From NCBI GenBank assembly GCA_947625635.1, contig CANQPA010000002.1, positions 1 to 63,929 on the forward strand: 63,929 bases of DNA, written 5' to 3'. This DNA is from an uncultured Bacilli bacterium. GTDB lineage: Bacteria > Bacillota_I > Bacilli_A > RF39 > UBA660. Below the pieces are notes generated by a model, which was not told the origin of the DNA, did no database searches, and saw nothing but the letters and a program-made list of their open reading frames with translations. Positions 7,111 to 18,245 of the stretch are shown one piece after another. How positions within the stretch are numbered: the stretch's first letter is position 1; every line of letters begins with the position of its first letter. The position numbers were made by a program, and so were the translations under genes.

Positions 7111-8430
7111 TCATGATTTTTTATATTTTATTATTAAATTTTGACTAAAAATATTTTTACTTATTTCCGTTTTTTGATCAAATATCACATTACTCTTTAC
7201 TATATTTTTAACTAAAGCTAAACCATAACCATGGCCTTTTCCTTTTGTAGTATAACCTTCATTATCTATTTTTGAAATGTCAATTGAACCTTTATAGTTG
7301 TTGGAAACTTTTATGCATAATGAATCATTATCCAAATATAATTCAATATTTATATTTTTTTGTTTTAAATTTTTTACTTCATCAATAGCATTGTCTATAA
7401 ATACACCTATAATTTTACAAATATCTATTATAGTATCAGTATCTAATTCGATTAAGTCAACTGTTCTAATATTCCTATCTATGTTTAAAAAATAACTAAT
7501 CTCATTTTCTTTTATTTTTAATATTTCAGAATATATTGTAGCCCTAAGACCTCCTGAAGGTATAGAATTAACCTCAAATAATAATTTTTCATCATCCAAA
7601 TATTTTTCCTCTATTATTGAATCAATATATTTTGGTATATCCTTATCTTTATTTATTATCATAGCTCTAACAGTCAATAAAAGATTTTTATTCTCATGAT
7701 TTGCAACTCTATACTTTGTCATCATATTTTCATAATCATTTAAACTTTTAATAGCCACGTTATATTTATTTGATACTTTGTTATATTTATTTTGAGTTTT
7801 AAATGAGTAAAAAATTATAGCTAAAACCAATAATGTAACAGAAACATTAAAAATAAGTATATATTCAACTTTTACGGTATTATATGAAGAAGACAATAAA
7901 ATATTTAAAATTAAAACACCAACTATGCAAAATAAACTGAGTTGAACAGAATTTATCTTGTCTGTAATCTTCAACAAAGTTTTGTATAATTTTTTAACAA
8001 ATTTAAATCTTACTGATATATACAATAAAATTGCTATGGTAACATTAGTAACGAATATTCCCAATGTTGATTTTATAGTTTGTTCAGTCTGATTTCCAAA
8101 TATTAATAACAATATTAATGTATATATGAACTCATCAAAAAATATTATTATTTGTGTATATATCGGTGTGATAATAGTTTTATTCCATTTTTCTTTAAAT
8201 AAATATTTGAAAAATATAATTAAAATTAAGGTCATTATTGTAATTTTGACGAATCTATTTATAACTATATAATTTATTATTGATGTAAACATCAGACCAA
8301 TTAATGTCACGTATAATTTGGAATCTTTAAAATTTACTGTTTTATTTAATAATAAATGCCAAGCATACAATGTCGATGACATTAATATCAAAGCATATAC
8401 AATAGTAATAAATATTTTAGAAATACTCAT
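7111..8430 (-). CDS. agrC: AgrC-like sensor histidine kinase (polytopic N-terminus, GHKL ATPase C-terminus)
   Basis: About 6-7 predicted TM helices, then a C-terminal ATP-binding region ...NNYKGSIDISKIDNEGYTTKGKGHGYGLALVKNIV. I chose the ATG at 8428-8430 (AAAGGAG RBS, 1 nt after the regulator stop) rather than 8490. Confidence 0.75.
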   Translation of the reverse strand: MSISKIFITIVYALILMSSTLYAWHLLLNKTVNFKDSKLYVTLIGLMFTSIINYIVINRFVKITIMTLILIIFFKYLFKEKWNKTIITPIYTQIIIFFDEFIYTLILLLIFGNQTEQTIKSTLGIFVTNVTIAILLYISVRFKFVKKLYKTLLKITDKINSVQLSLFCIVGVLILNILLSSSYNTVKVEYILIFNVSVTLLVLAIIFYSFKTQNKYNKVSNKYNVAIKSLNDYENMMTKYRVANHENKNLLLTVRAMIINKDKDIPKYIDSIIEEKYLDDEKLLFEVNSIPSGGLRATIYSEILKIKENEISYFLNIDRNIRTVDLIELDTDTIIDICKIIGVFIDNAIDEVKNLKQKNINIELYLDNDSLCIKVSNNYKGSIDISKIDNEGYTTKGKGHGYGLALVKNIVKSNVIFDQKTEISKNIFSQNLIIKYKKS

Positions 8431-8431
8431 A

Positions 8432-9133
8432 TTAGTTAAGCTCCTTTCTATATTTATCTGAAAGCAAATCGATTGTTTCTCCGTTATCAAATGTTATTAT
8501 TCTGTTCATTTTATCTATTTTAACTTTTCTATTATAATTTATGTAACATGCTCTATGTGTTTGAATGAATCTATCATCCAACATTTTTACTATATCAGCT
8601 AAAGATTTGTTTACTTTAAATTCAGCATAATCTGTCTTAATTATAGTTTTTCTTTCAAAACTTTCTTTTGTTATATATAATATATCATTTATATTTATTG
8701 TATACATTATATTTCTATCAGTAAATCTTATTGTATTCTTTTTATTTAGTATATCTAATGCTTTTTCTAATGAATTATTTAATCTATTCTCACAATCATC
8801 AAACTTGTTTATAAAAGATAAAAATAGTAAATCATTTTTCAATACGATATTTCCTAATTCTTCGTGTGCTGTTAAAAATATTATTACACTGTTTATATCC
8901 TTTTTTCTTATTTCTCTTGCTACATCTATTCCGGATTTTGTCGGTGTCTCAATGTCTAGTAAATAGATTTTAGCTGGTAATTTAGTTTCAACTTTATTAT
9001 AAAATCCATTTTTATAATCATCAAAAGTATAAATAGTATGTTCTTTTTTATTTTTTTCCATAAAATTTTTAACAATATTTTTTATTTTATTTCTATCTTT
9101 TTCATTATCATCACAAATTATAACATTAATCAT
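8432..9133 (-). CDS. agrA: LytTR-family response regulator (AgrA-like)
   Basis: Receiver domain (MINVIICDDNEKDR...YLLDIETP...IIFLTAHEE) followed by a LytTR DNA-binding domain (...FIQTHRACYINYNRKV). The ATG at 9133 lies 7 nt after a GGAGG RBS. Confidence 0.85.
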   Translation of the reverse strand: MINVIICDDNEKDRNKIKNIVKNFMEKNKKEHTIYTFDDYKNGFYNKVETKLPAKIYLLDIETPTKSGIDVAREIRKKDINSVIIFLTAHEELGNIVLKNDLLFLSFINKFDDCENRLNNSLEKALDILNKKNTIRFTDRNIMYTININDILYITKESFERKTIIKTDYAEFKVNKSLADIVKMLDDRFIQTHRACYINYNRKVKIDKMNRIITFDNGETIDLLSDKYRKELN

Positions 9134-9233
9134 CCAGTAACCTCCTATATTTAGAGCCAGAATTATACAACTAAATAATACCACAATTGACTTTTATTTA
9201 CAATAATTTCCATACAAGTTAGATTATCAGTAA

Positions 9234-9261
9234 ACAAAAAGATGCTACTAGTTAGCATCTT
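9234..9261 (-). terminator. alpha-operon (rplQ) terminator
   Basis: The minus strand reads AAGATGCTA-actag-TAGCATCTT followed by TTTT. The 9-bp stem overlaps the rplQ stop. Confidence 0.75.
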
Positions 9262-9604
9262 CCTCTATTAATTGTAAAATTACCATTAAAGCATCATCAC
9301 CACGACGTTCAGTTAACTTTAAAATTTGTGTATAACCTCCATTACGTTTTGCATAACGAGGGGCAAGTTCATCAAAAATTTTTTTCACAGCTTCCGTATC
9401 ATTATGCATAAATGCTAATGCTTTTCTTCTTGCTACTAAAGATCCATCTTTACCATAAGAAATCATTTTATCAACAAATTTACGAACCTCTTTAGCTCGT
9501 GTTTCTGTTGTTTCAATTTTTCCTTTCATAATAACATCTTTAGTTAAATTAGCAAGCATACTTTTTCTATGTTTATTAGTACGTCCTAATTTTCTATAAG
9601 CCAC
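9248..9604 (-). CDS. rplQ: 50S ribosomal protein L17
   Basis: MAYRKLGRTNKHRKSMLANL..., in the last position of the alpha operon. Confidence 0.97.
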   Translation of the reverse strand: MAYRKLGRTNKHRKSMLANLTKDVIMKGKIETTETRAKEVRKFVDKMISYGKDGSLVARRKALAFMHNDTEAVKKIFDELAPRYAKRNGGYTQILKLTERRGDDALMVILQLIEEDAN

Positions 9605-9621
9605 AATATTCCTCCTAACTA

Positions 9622-10572
9622 TTAGTCATCTTCTCGGAATCTAAGTCCCATATCCTTAATCTTATCAATTACCTCTTTTAAAGATTTTTTGCCTAAATTA
9701 CGTATTTTCATCATTTCAACTTCTGATTTTGCAGTTAAATCCCCTAGGGTATTAACACCGGCTCTTTTTAAACAGTTATAAGCTCTAACAGAAAAATCCA
9801 AATCATCAATTGATGTTTCTAATTTTTTTAGTTTACTATCTTCCTGTTTTGCATTCATTATACCTGTAACATCCGCTATTTCACTTAAATTAGTAATAAT
9901 ATTTAAATGTTCGATCATAATTTTAGCTGCAAGAGCCATAGCTTCTTCTGGTCTCATTGAACCATTTGTGTATACTTCCATAATTAGTTTATCATAGCTA
10001 GCATCCTGTCCAACGCGCGCATTTTCAACTTCATAACTAATTCTATCAATTGGGGAATATAATGCATCTATCGGAATGAATCCAATTTTTTGATTCTCAA
10101 TATATTTTTTATTTTCATTTGATGGTACATATCCTCTTCCATTAGCAACTATAAATTCCATATCAAGTTTTCCACCTTCAGCTACATTAGCTATTACTTG
10201 ATCTTTGTTTATAATTTCTACATCAGGATTTTCTTCTATATCACCTGCAGTTACTACTCCTTGTTTATCGGAAAAAAGTTTTAAAGTAACTTCCCCGTCA
10301 GTATTATTTTTTACTACTATATTTTTAAGATTTAATACTATTGTTGTAGCATCTTCTACAACACCTTCTATAGTTTGAAATTCATGCATAACACCATCTA
10401 TTTTAACTGCAACTATAGCACTTCCTGGCATGCTTGACAACATAATTCGTCTAAGCGCATTCCCTAAAGTTGTTCCAAATCCTCTTTCTAATGGTTCTAA
10501 TTCAAATTTACCAAAATTTTTATTTTCAATATATTCAGTTATTTTATATGTTGGTTTTTCAAAATTTAACAT
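9622..10572 (-). CDS. rpoA: DNA-directed RNA polymerase alpha subunit
   Basis: MLNFEKPTYKI...GFGTTLGNALRRIMLSS. The start at 10572 lies 9 nt after a GGAGG RBS. The longer ORF-track start overlaps rpsK. Confidence 0.97.
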   Translation of the reverse strand: MLNFEKPTYKITEYIENKNFGKFELEPLERGFGTTLGNALRRIMLSSMPGSAIVAVKIDGVMHEFQTIEGVVEDATTIVLNLKNIVVKNNTDGEVTLKLFSDKQGVVTAGDIEENPDVEIINKDQVIANVAEGGKLDMEFIVANGRGYVPSNENKKYIENQKIGFIPIDALYSPIDRISYEVENARVGQDASYDKLIMEVYTNGSMRPEEAMALAAKIMIEHLNIITNLSEIADVTGIMNAKQEDSKLKKLETSIDDLDFSVRAYNCLKRAGVNTLGDLTAKSEVEMMKIRNLGKKSLKEVIDKIKDMGLRFREDD

Positions 10573-10589
10573 AAATTCATTCCTCCTTC

Positions 10590-10973
10590 TTATCCACGTG
10601 GACGTTTTGGTGGACGACATCCGTTGTGTGGTATAGGTGTAACATCAGATATAGATGTAATTTCTAAACCTGCTGTTTGAAGTGAACGAATCGCTGTTTC
10701 TTTACCTGATCCTAAACCTTTTACATATACTTCAACTTTTCTCATTCCCATATCGTAAGCCGCTTTACCTGCTGCTTCAGCACTCATTCCAGCTGCGAAT
10801 GGAGTTGACTTTTTACTTCCTTTGAAACCTAAAGTTCCAGCAGAAGCCCAACTTATTGCATTACCATCATTATCACATAAAGTTACGATGGTATTGTTAA
10901 ATGTTGAATGAATGTAAGCTTTACCTTCTGGTATATTCTTCTTAACTTTTCTTTTTCTTGATTTGTAAGCCAT
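10590..10973 (-). CDS. rpsK: 30S ribosomal protein S11
   Basis: ...[18 protein letters not shown]..., in operon context. Confidence 0.97.
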   Translation of the reverse strand: MAYKSRKRKVKKNIPEGKAYIHSTFNNTIVTLCDNDGNAISWASAGTLGFKGSKKSTPFAAGMSAEAAGKAAYDMGMRKVEVYVKGLGSGKETAIRSLQTAGLEITSISDVTPIPHNGCRPPKRPRG

Positions 10974-10996
10974 AATCTATCCTCCTTTAATCACAA

Positions 10997-11362
10997 CTAT
11001 TTTTTCTTATTAGCAACTACTTTACCTCTACCCTTACGAGTACGAGCATTCCTATTAGTTCTTTGTCCTCTTACAGGTAAACCTTTTTTATGACGTGTTC
11101 CTTGATATGAATTTATTTCCATCTTTGTTTTTATATTCATATTAACTTCACGACGTAAATCTCCTTCAGTGGTATATTTATTAACTTCTTCACGAATTCT
11201 ATTTAATTCGTCATTTGTAAGATCTCCAGCTCTTTTATTTATATCGACTTTTGCGTCTTTTAAAATTGTGTTTGAAAGACTTCTTCCTATTCCATATACA
11301 TAAGTAAGTGAAATCTCTATTCTCTTATTATTTGGTATATCTACACCTTTAATACGTGCCAT
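10997..11362 (-). CDS. rpsM: 30S ribosomal protein S13
   Basis: [26 protein letters not shown]. Confidence 0.97.
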   Translation of the reverse strand: MARIKGVDIPNNKRIEISLTYVYGIGRSLSNTILKDAKVDINKRAGDLTNDELNRIREEVNKYTTEGDLRREVNMNIKTKMEINSYQGTRHKKGLPVRGQRTNRNARTRKGRGKVVANKKK

Positions 11363-11375
11363 AAAACACCTCCTA

Positions 11376-11501
<126 letters not shown>

Positions 11502-11717
11502 CTATTTTCTGTAAGTTATACGACCACGTGTTAAATCGTAAGTTGATAACTCAACCATTACGGTGTCACCAGCTAAAATTCGAATCATGTTCATTCGCAT
11601 TTTACCCGAAACGTGTGCCGTAATTACATGTTTATTTGCTAGCTCTACTTTAAATACGTAGCCTGGCAAAACTTCTAATACTTTTCCTTCCATTTCGATA
11701 ACATCGTCTTTTGCCAC
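11502..11717 (-). CDS. infA: translation initiation factor IF-1
   Basis: [19 protein letters not shown]...[14 protein letters not shown]. Confidence 0.97.
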   Translation of the reverse strand: MAKDDVIEMEGKVLEVLPGYVFKVELANKHVITAHVSGKMRMNMIRILAGDTVMVELSTYDLTRGRITYRK

Positions 11718-11721
11718 TATT

Positions 11722-12468
11722 TCACCTCTTCGTTAATATTTCATACCCATCTTTGGTAATTAACACTGTATGTTCAAAGTGAGCGGATGGCTTGTCATCT
11801 AGAGTTACTACCGTCCAGTCATCATCTAATAGACAAACATCAGCAGTTCCTAAATTAATCATGGGTTCGACAGCTATAACCATTCCTTCTTTTAAGATAG
11901 GTCCAGTATTCTTTTTTCCATAGTTTGGAACATCAGGATCCTCATGTAAATGGTTCCCTACACCATGTCCAACTAGTTCTTTAACTACGCCCAATCCTTT
12001 AGATTCAGCATATTTTTGTACTGCTTCTCCTATATCTCCAACGTGAGCCCCAGCTTTAACCTGTTTTAAACCTTCATACAATGATTTTTCTGTATGCTCA
12101 AGCAAATACTTTTTTTCATCTGATATAGTTCCAACTGGATACGTCCAAGCACTATCACCATGATAACCCTTATAGCAAGCACAAATATCAAGAGTTACTA
12201 TATCTCCATCGCATAATTTTCTTTTACTTCTAATACCATGTACAACCTCTTCATTGATTGAAATACAAATATTTCCAGGGTATCCGTTATACTGATAACA
12301 AGATGGAGTAGCACCCCTTTTTATAATATAATCGCGAGCCAGTGAATCAATTTTTTCTGTTGTTATTCCTGGCCTTAAAAATGATTTTAGATACTTATGT
12401 GTATCTCCTACTATTTCACCAGCTACACGCATTAATTCTATTTCTCTTGGAGTTTTAATATTAATCAT
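11722..12468 (-). CDS. map: type I methionine aminopeptidase
   Basis: 248 aa with metal-ligand context ...VHGI...DIVTLDI...GYHGD...VGHGVG...VIAVEPM...EHTV. Confidence 0.95.
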   Translation of the reverse strand: MINIKTPREIELMRVAGEIVGDTHKYLKSFLRPGITTEKIDSLARDYIIKRGATPSCYQYNGYPGNICISINEEVVHGIRSKRKLCDGDIVTLDICACYKGYHGDSAWTYPVGTISDEKKYLLEHTEKSLYEGLKQVKAGAHVGDIGEAVQKYAESKGLGVVKELVGHGVGNHLHEDPDVPNYGKKNTGPILKEGMVIAVEPMINLGTADVCLLDDDWTVVTLDDKPSAHFEHTVLITKDGYEILTKR

Positions 12469-12469
12469 T

Positions 12470-13123
12470 TCATTCTCCTATTATTTTTACAACCTGCTCA
12501 TGAGTAAATTTTGCATCTTTATTAGAATCTACATAATAGACAATTCCTCTTTTTTTATAAAAATCTATTAATGGTGATGTATTTTTTATGAAAGAATTAT
12601 ATCTTTCTTCATATGTATCTGGATTATCATCTGTCCTATGAGTTAGTTCAATGCCACAAATATCGCAAATTCCATCTTTTTTAGGTTTTAACAACTCATT
12701 ATTTATATTGTAGACTCTACCACATTTTGGGCAAGATTTTCTGCCACTTATACGTGACTTTGCAACTTCCTTATCAATGTCTAAAACTACAACAACACCA
12801 ATATCTTTTTTTATTTCATCTAAAATTTTATCATAAGCCTCTGCTTGCTCAATATTTCTAGGAAAACCATCTAAAATATATCCATTTTCACAATCAGATT
12901 GTAATATTCTTTCTTTTAAAAGCTCTATAACTATATCAAATGGGACAAACATTCCTTTATCTTGATATTCTCCTATAATCTTGGCTCTTTCGCTACCATC
13001 GTTTCTTGCTTTTCTAAGTAAATCACCCGTAGATATATGAGGTATATTATATTGCTGTTTTAAAAGTGCAGCCTCAGTTCCTTTACCTGCAGCAGGAGCA
13101 GCTATTAAAATAATACTTCTCAT
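12470..13123 (-). CDS. adk: adenylate kinase (zinc-lid type)
   Basis: P-loop APAAGKGT, and a lid with CPKCGRVY...CDICG. Confidence 0.95.
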   Translation of the reverse strand: MRSIILIAAPAAGKGTEAALLKQQYNIPHISTGDLLRKARNDGSERAKIIGEYQDKGMFVPFDIVIELLKERILQSDCENGYILDGFPRNIEQAEAYDKILDEIKKDIGVVVVLDIDKEVAKSRISGRKSCPKCGRVYNINNELLKPKKDGICDICGIELTHRTDDNPDTYEERYNSFIKNTSPLIDFYKKRGIVYYVDSNKDAKFTHEQVVKIIGE

Positions 13124-14376
13124 ATTCTTCTTCTCCTTCTTCCCTTAGTATAAGTCCTATTTATTAATTGACTTTCTAATTGTTTGTAAGTTTCAAGTGC
13201 AACTCCAACAACAATAAGTAATCCTGTCCCGCTTATTGTTATTGATGTTTTTAAATTTGAAATTTTATCAAACACTATTGGAAGAATCGCAAGTGCTGTT
13301 AAAAACGTAGCTCCGACTATTGTTATTCTTTTTAACACTGTCTTTACATATTGTGTTGTTTCTTTACCTGGTCTAATACCTGGAATATATCCACCATTCT
13401 TATTTAAATTATCTGACATTTCTTTTGGCTTTAGCTGCATGAATGTATAAAAGTAAGTAAATGCAAAAATCAATATTATATATATAAATATTCCGAAACC
13501 TTTTGTATAATTTAAATAAGTTTCTACAAAAATTTTAAATCCACCATTCTTTATTACTGATGATAGTATTTGTGGAATTGAAAGAAGTGCCGATGCAAAT
13601 ATTACTGGCATAACTCCTGCACTATTTAACTTAAATGGTATATAATTTTGTTTACCAAGTGTACTAGTAGATTTATTAGCATATTGTATTGGAATTCTTC
13701 TTTCAGCAGATTCAACATATATAACACCTACTATAATTGCTACAAATATAATTATAAAAGCGATAAATATTGAAATTCCTAAAAATCCATTTGGAATTAA
13801 TTCATTCCATAAATTCTCAAACATTCCAGGAAGTACACTAATTATTCCTGCCATTATTATGAGCGATATCCCATTACCAATTCCTTTTATTGTTATTTGA
13901 TCTCCAATCCACATAAGAAGTGCGGTTCCAGCTGTTAAGATTAATGAATATACCATGTAATCCATAGGACTTCCATTACCTATATATGCGAATGAATACA
14001 TATATCCCTGCAAGAATGCAAGTGCAATTCCCACAATTCTTGTTATTTGGTTCAATTTTCTTCTACCAACACCACCTTGTTTTGATAACTCCGACAAATA
14101 AGGAACTATGTCAGCACAAAGTAATTGAATAACTATCTGAGCTGTTATATAAGGTGTAACGCCCAAAGCAAATACAGAGGCTTTTGTAAACGCTCCACCA
14201 CTCATAGCGCTTAAAATTTCAAGGTATGACATTTTACTAGCATCAACTTCTACTCCTGGCACTAATATAGTTGTTGCGCCAATGTTAAATACTAACAAAG
14301 CAGCTAAGGTAAATAAAATTCTTTTTAATAAATCTCTATTTTTTGAAGTAAATATTTGCTTAAAACTTGCAAACAT
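13120..14376 (-). CDS. secY: preprotein translocase subunit SecY
   Basis: 418-aa polytopic protein between rplO and adk, containing ...GVTPYITAQIVIQLL.... Confidence 0.96.
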   Translation of the reverse strand: MFASFKQIFTSKNRDLLKRILFTLAALLVFNIGATTILVPGVEVDASKMSYLEILSAMSGGAFTKASVFALGVTPYITAQIVIQLLCADIVPYLSELSKQGGVGRRKLNQITRIVGIALAFLQGYMYSFAYIGNGSPMDYMVYSLILTAGTALLMWIGDQITIKGIGNGISLIIMAGIISVLPGMFENLWNELIPNGFLGISIFIAFIIIFVAIIVGVIYVESAERRIPIQYANKSTSTLGKQNYIPFKLNSAGVMPVIFASALLSIPQILSSVIKNGGFKIFVETYLNYTKGFGIFIYIILIFAFTYFYTFMQLKPKEMSDNLNKNGGYIPGIRPGKETTQYVKTVLKRITIVGATFLTALAILPIVFDKISNLKTSITISGTGLLIVVGVALETYKQLESQLINRTYTKGRRRRRI

Positions 14377-14377
14377 A

Positions 14378-14821
14378 TTAAATCACCTCAGCTTTTCCAC
14401 CTTTAGACTCAATTTTTTCTATAGCAGTACTCGAAAATTTCTGAGCCTTAACAGTTAATTTTTTAGTTAATTCTCCGTTTCCTAGTACTTTAATACCTGA
14501 AAGTTGATTTTTCAAAATTCCCATTTCTTTTAACAATTCTGGAGTAACTACTGCTCCATCTTCAAATTTTTCTAAATCACTTATATTTATAATTGCATAC
14601 TCTTTTTTAAACATAGCGTTAGAAAATCCCCTTTTTGGTAAACGTCTGAATAATGGTAACTGTCCACCTTCAAATCCAGGTCTTACTCCTCCACCGCTTC
14701 TTGCATTTTGTCCTTTATGTCCTTTTCCACTAGTTTTTCCATGTCCTGAAGCAACTCCACGACCAACTCTCTTACTAGTTTTAAATGCACCTTCACTAGG
14801 ACGTAATTCATGTAGTTTCAT
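14378..14821 (-). CDS. rplO: 50S ribosomal protein L15
   Basis: [38 protein letters not shown]. Confidence 0.97.
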   Translation of the reverse strand: MKLHELRPSEGAFKTSKRVGRGVASGHGKTSGKGHKGQNARSGGGVRPGFEGGQLPLFRRLPKRGFSNAMFKKEYAIINISDLEKFEDGAVVTPELLKEMGILKNQLSGIKVLGNGELTKKLTVKAQKFSSTAIEKIESKGGKAEVI

Positions 14822-14822
14822 A

Positions 14823-15416
14823 CTATCTTATCTCCTCTACTTTTTTACCACGTAAACGTGCTACTTCTTCTATTGTTTTTTGTGACTTTAATGCCTCAAG
14901 CGTTGCATATGCCATATTTACCTTTGTGCTTGATCCAAGTGATTTAGATAAAATATCTTTTACACCTGCCATTTCAAGCACTGATCTCACTGATCCGCCA
15001 GCCTTAACACCAGTTCCTTTATTTGCTGGTTTTAACATAACGTGACTTGCTCCACACACACCAGTTGCTTCGTGTGGTATTGTATGGTCTCCAACTATAG
15101 ACACTTTAACGATATTTTTAGTTGCAGCCTGACTAGCTTTCTTTATAGCATCTGGAACTTCATTAGCCTTGCCAGTTCCAAGACCGACTTTACCTTTTCT
15201 ATCTCCAACTACTACAACTGCTGAAAAACGGAAGTGTCTTCCACCTTTTGTTACCTTCGTAACACGGCCAATGGAAATAACTTCTTCTTCATATAACTTC
15301 TGTTGTCTTTGTCTTGATTGACGTCTATCATTTGATTTACGAGGTTTTCTTTCAGTTTTATCTACTTTTTCTGTAGATTTAACTTCATCAATTTTTTCGA
15401 TTTCCTTTTTCATCAT
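14823..15416 (-). CDS. rpsE: 30S ribosomal protein S5 with a basic N-terminal extension
   Basis: S5 core ...[27 protein letters not shown].... The ATG at 15416 follows an AGGAGG RBS. About 45 extra K/R/Q-rich residues precede the core. Confidence 0.95.
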   Translation of the reverse strand: MMKKEIEKIDEVKSTEKVDKTERKPRKSNDRRQSRQRQQKLYEEEVISIGRVTKVTKGGRHFRFSAVVVVGDRKGKVGLGTGKANEVPDAIKKASQAATKNIVKVSIVGDHTIPHEATGVCGASHVMLKPANKGTGVKAGGSVRSVLEMAGVKDILSKSLGSSTKVNMAYATLEALKSQKTIEEVARLRGKKVEEIR

Positions 15417-15426
15417 TACCCTCCTA

Positions 15427-15789
15427 TTAGAACTCAAGTCCATTCTCACGTGCGGCATCTGCAAGTGCTTTTACACGTCCATGATATAGGTATCCACCTC
15501 TATCGAAAACGACTTTTGATATTTTTGCTTTTTTAGCTCTTTTAGCAAGTAGTTCTCCTACCTTTTCTGCAGCTTCTATATTTCCACCATTTTCTAGTTT
15601 CAATTCTTTATCTATAGAAGATGCACTGACTAAAGTTTTAGAAGCTTCATCATCAATGATTTGAGCAAAAATATTACTGTTTGATCTAAAAACATTTAAT
15701 CTAGGAACGCAAGACGTACCATTTACTTTATTTCTAACACGAGTGTGTCTTGACCCACGTGCTTTATTACGGTCTACTTTTTTGATCAT
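15427..15789 (-). CDS. rplR: 50S ribosomal protein L18
   Basis: ...[18 protein letters not shown]...[19 protein letters not shown]. Confidence 0.97.
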   Translation of the reverse strand: MIKKVDRNKARGSRHTRVRNKVNGTSCVPRLNVFRSNSNIFAQIIDDEASKTLVSASSIDKELKLENGGNIEAAEKVGELLAKRAKKAKISKVVFDRGGYLYHGRVKALADAARENGLEF

Positions 15790-15810
15790 AACTACTCTCC
15801 TTTACTCTTA

Positions 15811-16344
15811 TTATTTAGAAGCTTTCTTTCCTTCTTTACGACGAATATGTTCGTCAGTATAGCGAATACCTTTTCCTTTATATGGTTCAGGTCTCCTAAT
15901 TTTTCTTATATTTGCTGCAAATTCTCCTACTAATTGCTTATCAGTTCCCCTTACAAATAATTCTGTATTACTTGGAACTTCTAATTTAATTCCTTCTGGA
16001 ATTTTAACGTTAACAGGATGAGAATATCCAGCAGTTACAACTAATTCATTACCTTTTAATTGAAAACGATAACCTACACCAACAGACTCAAGTTTTTTTT
16101 CGAATCCCTTAGTAACGCCAATAATCATATTGTTAATATTAGCATTGGCAGTTCCATGAAAATTTTTAAATTCATCACTTGATCTAGTTAGTACTATTTC
16201 ATTTTCATTAACACTTACAGTGATGTTTTTATTTATTACAGTAGAAAGTTCACCTTTTGGGCCCTTTACAGTAACTTTATTACCATCAACTGTAACTGTA
16301 ACACCAGTTGGTATTAATAATTTTCTATTTCCAACTCGACTCAT
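15811..16344 (-). CDS. rplF: 50S ribosomal protein L6
   Basis: MSRVGNRKLLIPTGVTVTVDGNKVTVKGPKGEL. Confidence 0.97.
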   Translation of the reverse strand: MSRVGNRKLLIPTGVTVTVDGNKVTVKGPKGELSTVINKNITVSVNENEIVLTRSSDEFKNFHGTANANINNMIIGVTKGFEKKLESVGVGYRFQLKGNELVVTAGYSHPVNVKIPEGIKLEVPSNTELFVRGTDKQLVGEFAANIRKIRRPEPYKGKGIRYTDEHIRRKEGKKASK

Positions 16345-16359
16345 TAAGTATCATCCTTT

Positions 16360-16752
16360 CTACCAAATATAGGCAAGAACTTCCCCACCAAGAGAACTTT
16401 CTCTAGCTTCTTTATCTGTCATAACACCTTTTGATGTTGAAATAATTGCTATTCCAAGTCCATTTAATACTTTAGGAACCTCTTCTGCCTTAACATATAC
16501 GCGCAATCCTGGTTTAGATATTCTTTTAAGTCCAGTAATTACACGTTCCTTGTCTACATATTTTAAAGATAAAACAAGGATATTTTGAATATTATTTTTC
16601 TTTTCTTTATAATCTGCTATAAATCCTTCAGATTTTAATATTCTAGCAATCTCTTTTTTCATTTTTGAAGCGGGTACTTCAACCTCTTTATATCGCATTT
16701 GATTTGCATTACGAATACGTGTTAGCATATCTGCGATTGGATCTGTTATCAT
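16360..16752 (-). CDS. rpsH: 30S ribosomal protein S8
   Basis: [18 protein letters not shown]. Confidence 0.97.
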   Translation of the reverse strand: MITDPIADMLTRIRNANQMRYKEVEVPASKMKKEIARILKSEGFIADYKEKKNNIQNILVLSLKYVDKERVITGLKRISKPGLRVYVKAEEVPKVLNGLGIAIISTSKGVMTDKEARESSLGGEVLAYIW

Positions 16753-16768
16753 AATATCCTCCTTCTTC

Positions 16769-16954
16769 TTACCAGCTTGATTTTTTCATTCCTGGTATTT
16801 GTCCCTTATAAGCTAATTCACGAAAACAAATTCTACAAATTCCGTATTTTTTTAATACAGCATGTGGTCGACCACAACGACTGCAACGAGTATATCTACG
16901 TACTTCGAATTTAGGTTTACGACTAGCTTTTATTTTCATACTTTTCTTAGCCAT
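16769..16954 (-). CDS. rpsN: 30S ribosomal protein S14, type Z (zinc form)
   Basis: 61 aa with [23 protein letters not shown]. Confidence 0.96.
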   Translation of the reverse strand: MAKKSMKIKASRKPKFEVRRYTRCSRCGRPHAVLKKYGICRICFRELAYKGQIPGMKKSSW

Positions 16955-16969
16955 ATTTTCCTCCTAAGT

Positions 16970-17509
16970 TTATTTTTTAAATGGCATTCCGAAACCTTTT
17001 AATAAATCTCGAGCTTCTTCATCAGTTTTTGCAGTTGTAACAAAAACTATATCCATACCACGTACCTTAATTACACTGTCGTATTCGATTTCTGGGAATA
17101 TCAATTGTTCTGTTAGCCCTAATGTGTAATTACCCCTTCCATCAAATGCTTTATTGGATATACCTCTAAAATCTCTTACACGTGGTAAAGTAATACTAAT
17201 CAATTTATCTAAGAAGTTATACATGTTTTCACCACGTAAAGTTACCTTACATCCAATAGCTTGGCCTTGTCTAAGTTTAAATCCAGCAATAGATTTTTTT
17301 GCTTTTGTAGCGACTGGTTTTTGTCCTGTAATAATCTCTAAATCTTTCATTGCACCTTCCAATAATTTTGAATTAGTAGTAGCATCGCCACATCCAACAT
17401 TTACTACAATTTTTTCTAATTTTGGTGCTTCCTGGATATTCTTATAGTTATACTTTTTCATTAATTCTGATACGATTTCTTTAGTGTATTTTTCTTTTAG
17501 GCGGTTCAT
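16970..17509 (-). CDS. rplE: 50S ribosomal protein L5
   Basis: [39 protein letters not shown]. Confidence 0.97.
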   Translation of the reverse strand: MNRLKEKYTKEIVSELMKKYNYKNIQEAPKLEKIVVNVGCGDATTNSKLLEGAMKDLEIITGQKPVATKAKKSIAGFKLRQGQAIGCKVTLRGENMYNFLDKLISITLPRVRDFRGISNKAFDGRGNYTLGLTEQLIFPEIEYDSVIKVRGMDIVFVTTAKTDEEARDLLKGFGMPFKK

Positions 17510-17526
17510 ATATACCCTCCTTTCAA

Positions 17527-17835
17527 TTAATCAAGACTAGAATTAGATTTTTTTGTAACTCTAATTTTCTTACCGTCTTTATTTATACTATGTCCTATTC
17601 TAGTAGGTTTTTTAGTTTTAGGATCTACTATCATTACGTTTGAAGCATGAATAGGTGCTTCTACCTCATTTATAGAACCTGCTTGTTGACCATTCCCTTT
17701 AACATGTTTTTTTACTATGTTAACTCCTTCAACAACTACTCTATTTTCATTACGTAATACGTGAGTAATCTTTCCTTCTTTACCTTTATCCTTACCAGAA
17801 ATGACAACAACTTTATCTCCAGTTTTAAAGTTCAT
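17527..17835 (-). CDS. rplX: 50S ribosomal protein L24
   Basis: [23 protein letters not shown]. The second ATG has proper spacing from the GGAGG RBS. Confidence 0.95.
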   Translation of the reverse strand: MNFKTGDKVVVISGKDKGKEGKITHVLRNENRVVVEGVNIVKKHVKGNGQQAGSINEVEAPIHASNVMIVDPKTKKPTRIGHSINKDGKKIRVTKKSNSSLD

Positions 17836-17853
17836 ATTCATTCCTCCAAACTA

Positions 17854-18222
17854 TTATAACACTTCTTTTGCTAGTGATATAATTTTATTAAAACCTAAAT
17901 CACGTAATTCACGTGCTACTGGTCCAAACACACGAGTTCCAACTGGACTCTTATCATCTTTAATAATAACCGCTGCATTATCATCAAATTTGATATATGA
18001 TCCATCTTCTCTTCTTAGACCAAATTTACTCCTAACAACAACTGCTTTAACTACTTTGCTTTTTCCAACAGTTCCATTAGGCGTTGCTTTTTTAACAGTA
18101 GCAACTACTATATCTCCAATATTACCAGTTTTAACTTTAGATCCTCCGAGAACACGAATAACAGATAGTTCTCTTGCTCCCGAATTATCAGCTACCTTTA
18201 AACGGCTTTCTTGTTGAATCAT
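17854..18222 (-). CDS. rplN: 50S ribosomal protein L14
   Basis: [18 protein letters not shown]. Confidence 0.97.
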   Translation of the reverse strand: MIQQESRLKVADNSGARELSVIRVLGGSKVKTGNIGDIVVATVKKATPNGTVGKSKVVKAVVVRSKFGLRREDGSYIKFDDNAAVIIKDDKSPVGTRVFGPVARELRDLGFNKIISLAKEVL

Positions 18223-18245
18223 ATGTTATCCTCCTTCACTCGTTA

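Noticed and set aside
6550-8490. ORF 6550-6750 (-), ORF 7298-7495 (+), and the 5'-extended kinase start at 8490
   Set aside because: The first two are antisense to agrB and to the kinase. The kinase extension overlaps the regulator gene, while an ATG with an AAAGGAG RBS sits at 8430. I applied similar N-terminal trimming to rpoA, rpsE, rplX, rpmC, the regulator, parA, ddl, the XRE gene, mnmG, mnmE, pilin-FGE 1 and the 513-aa orphan.
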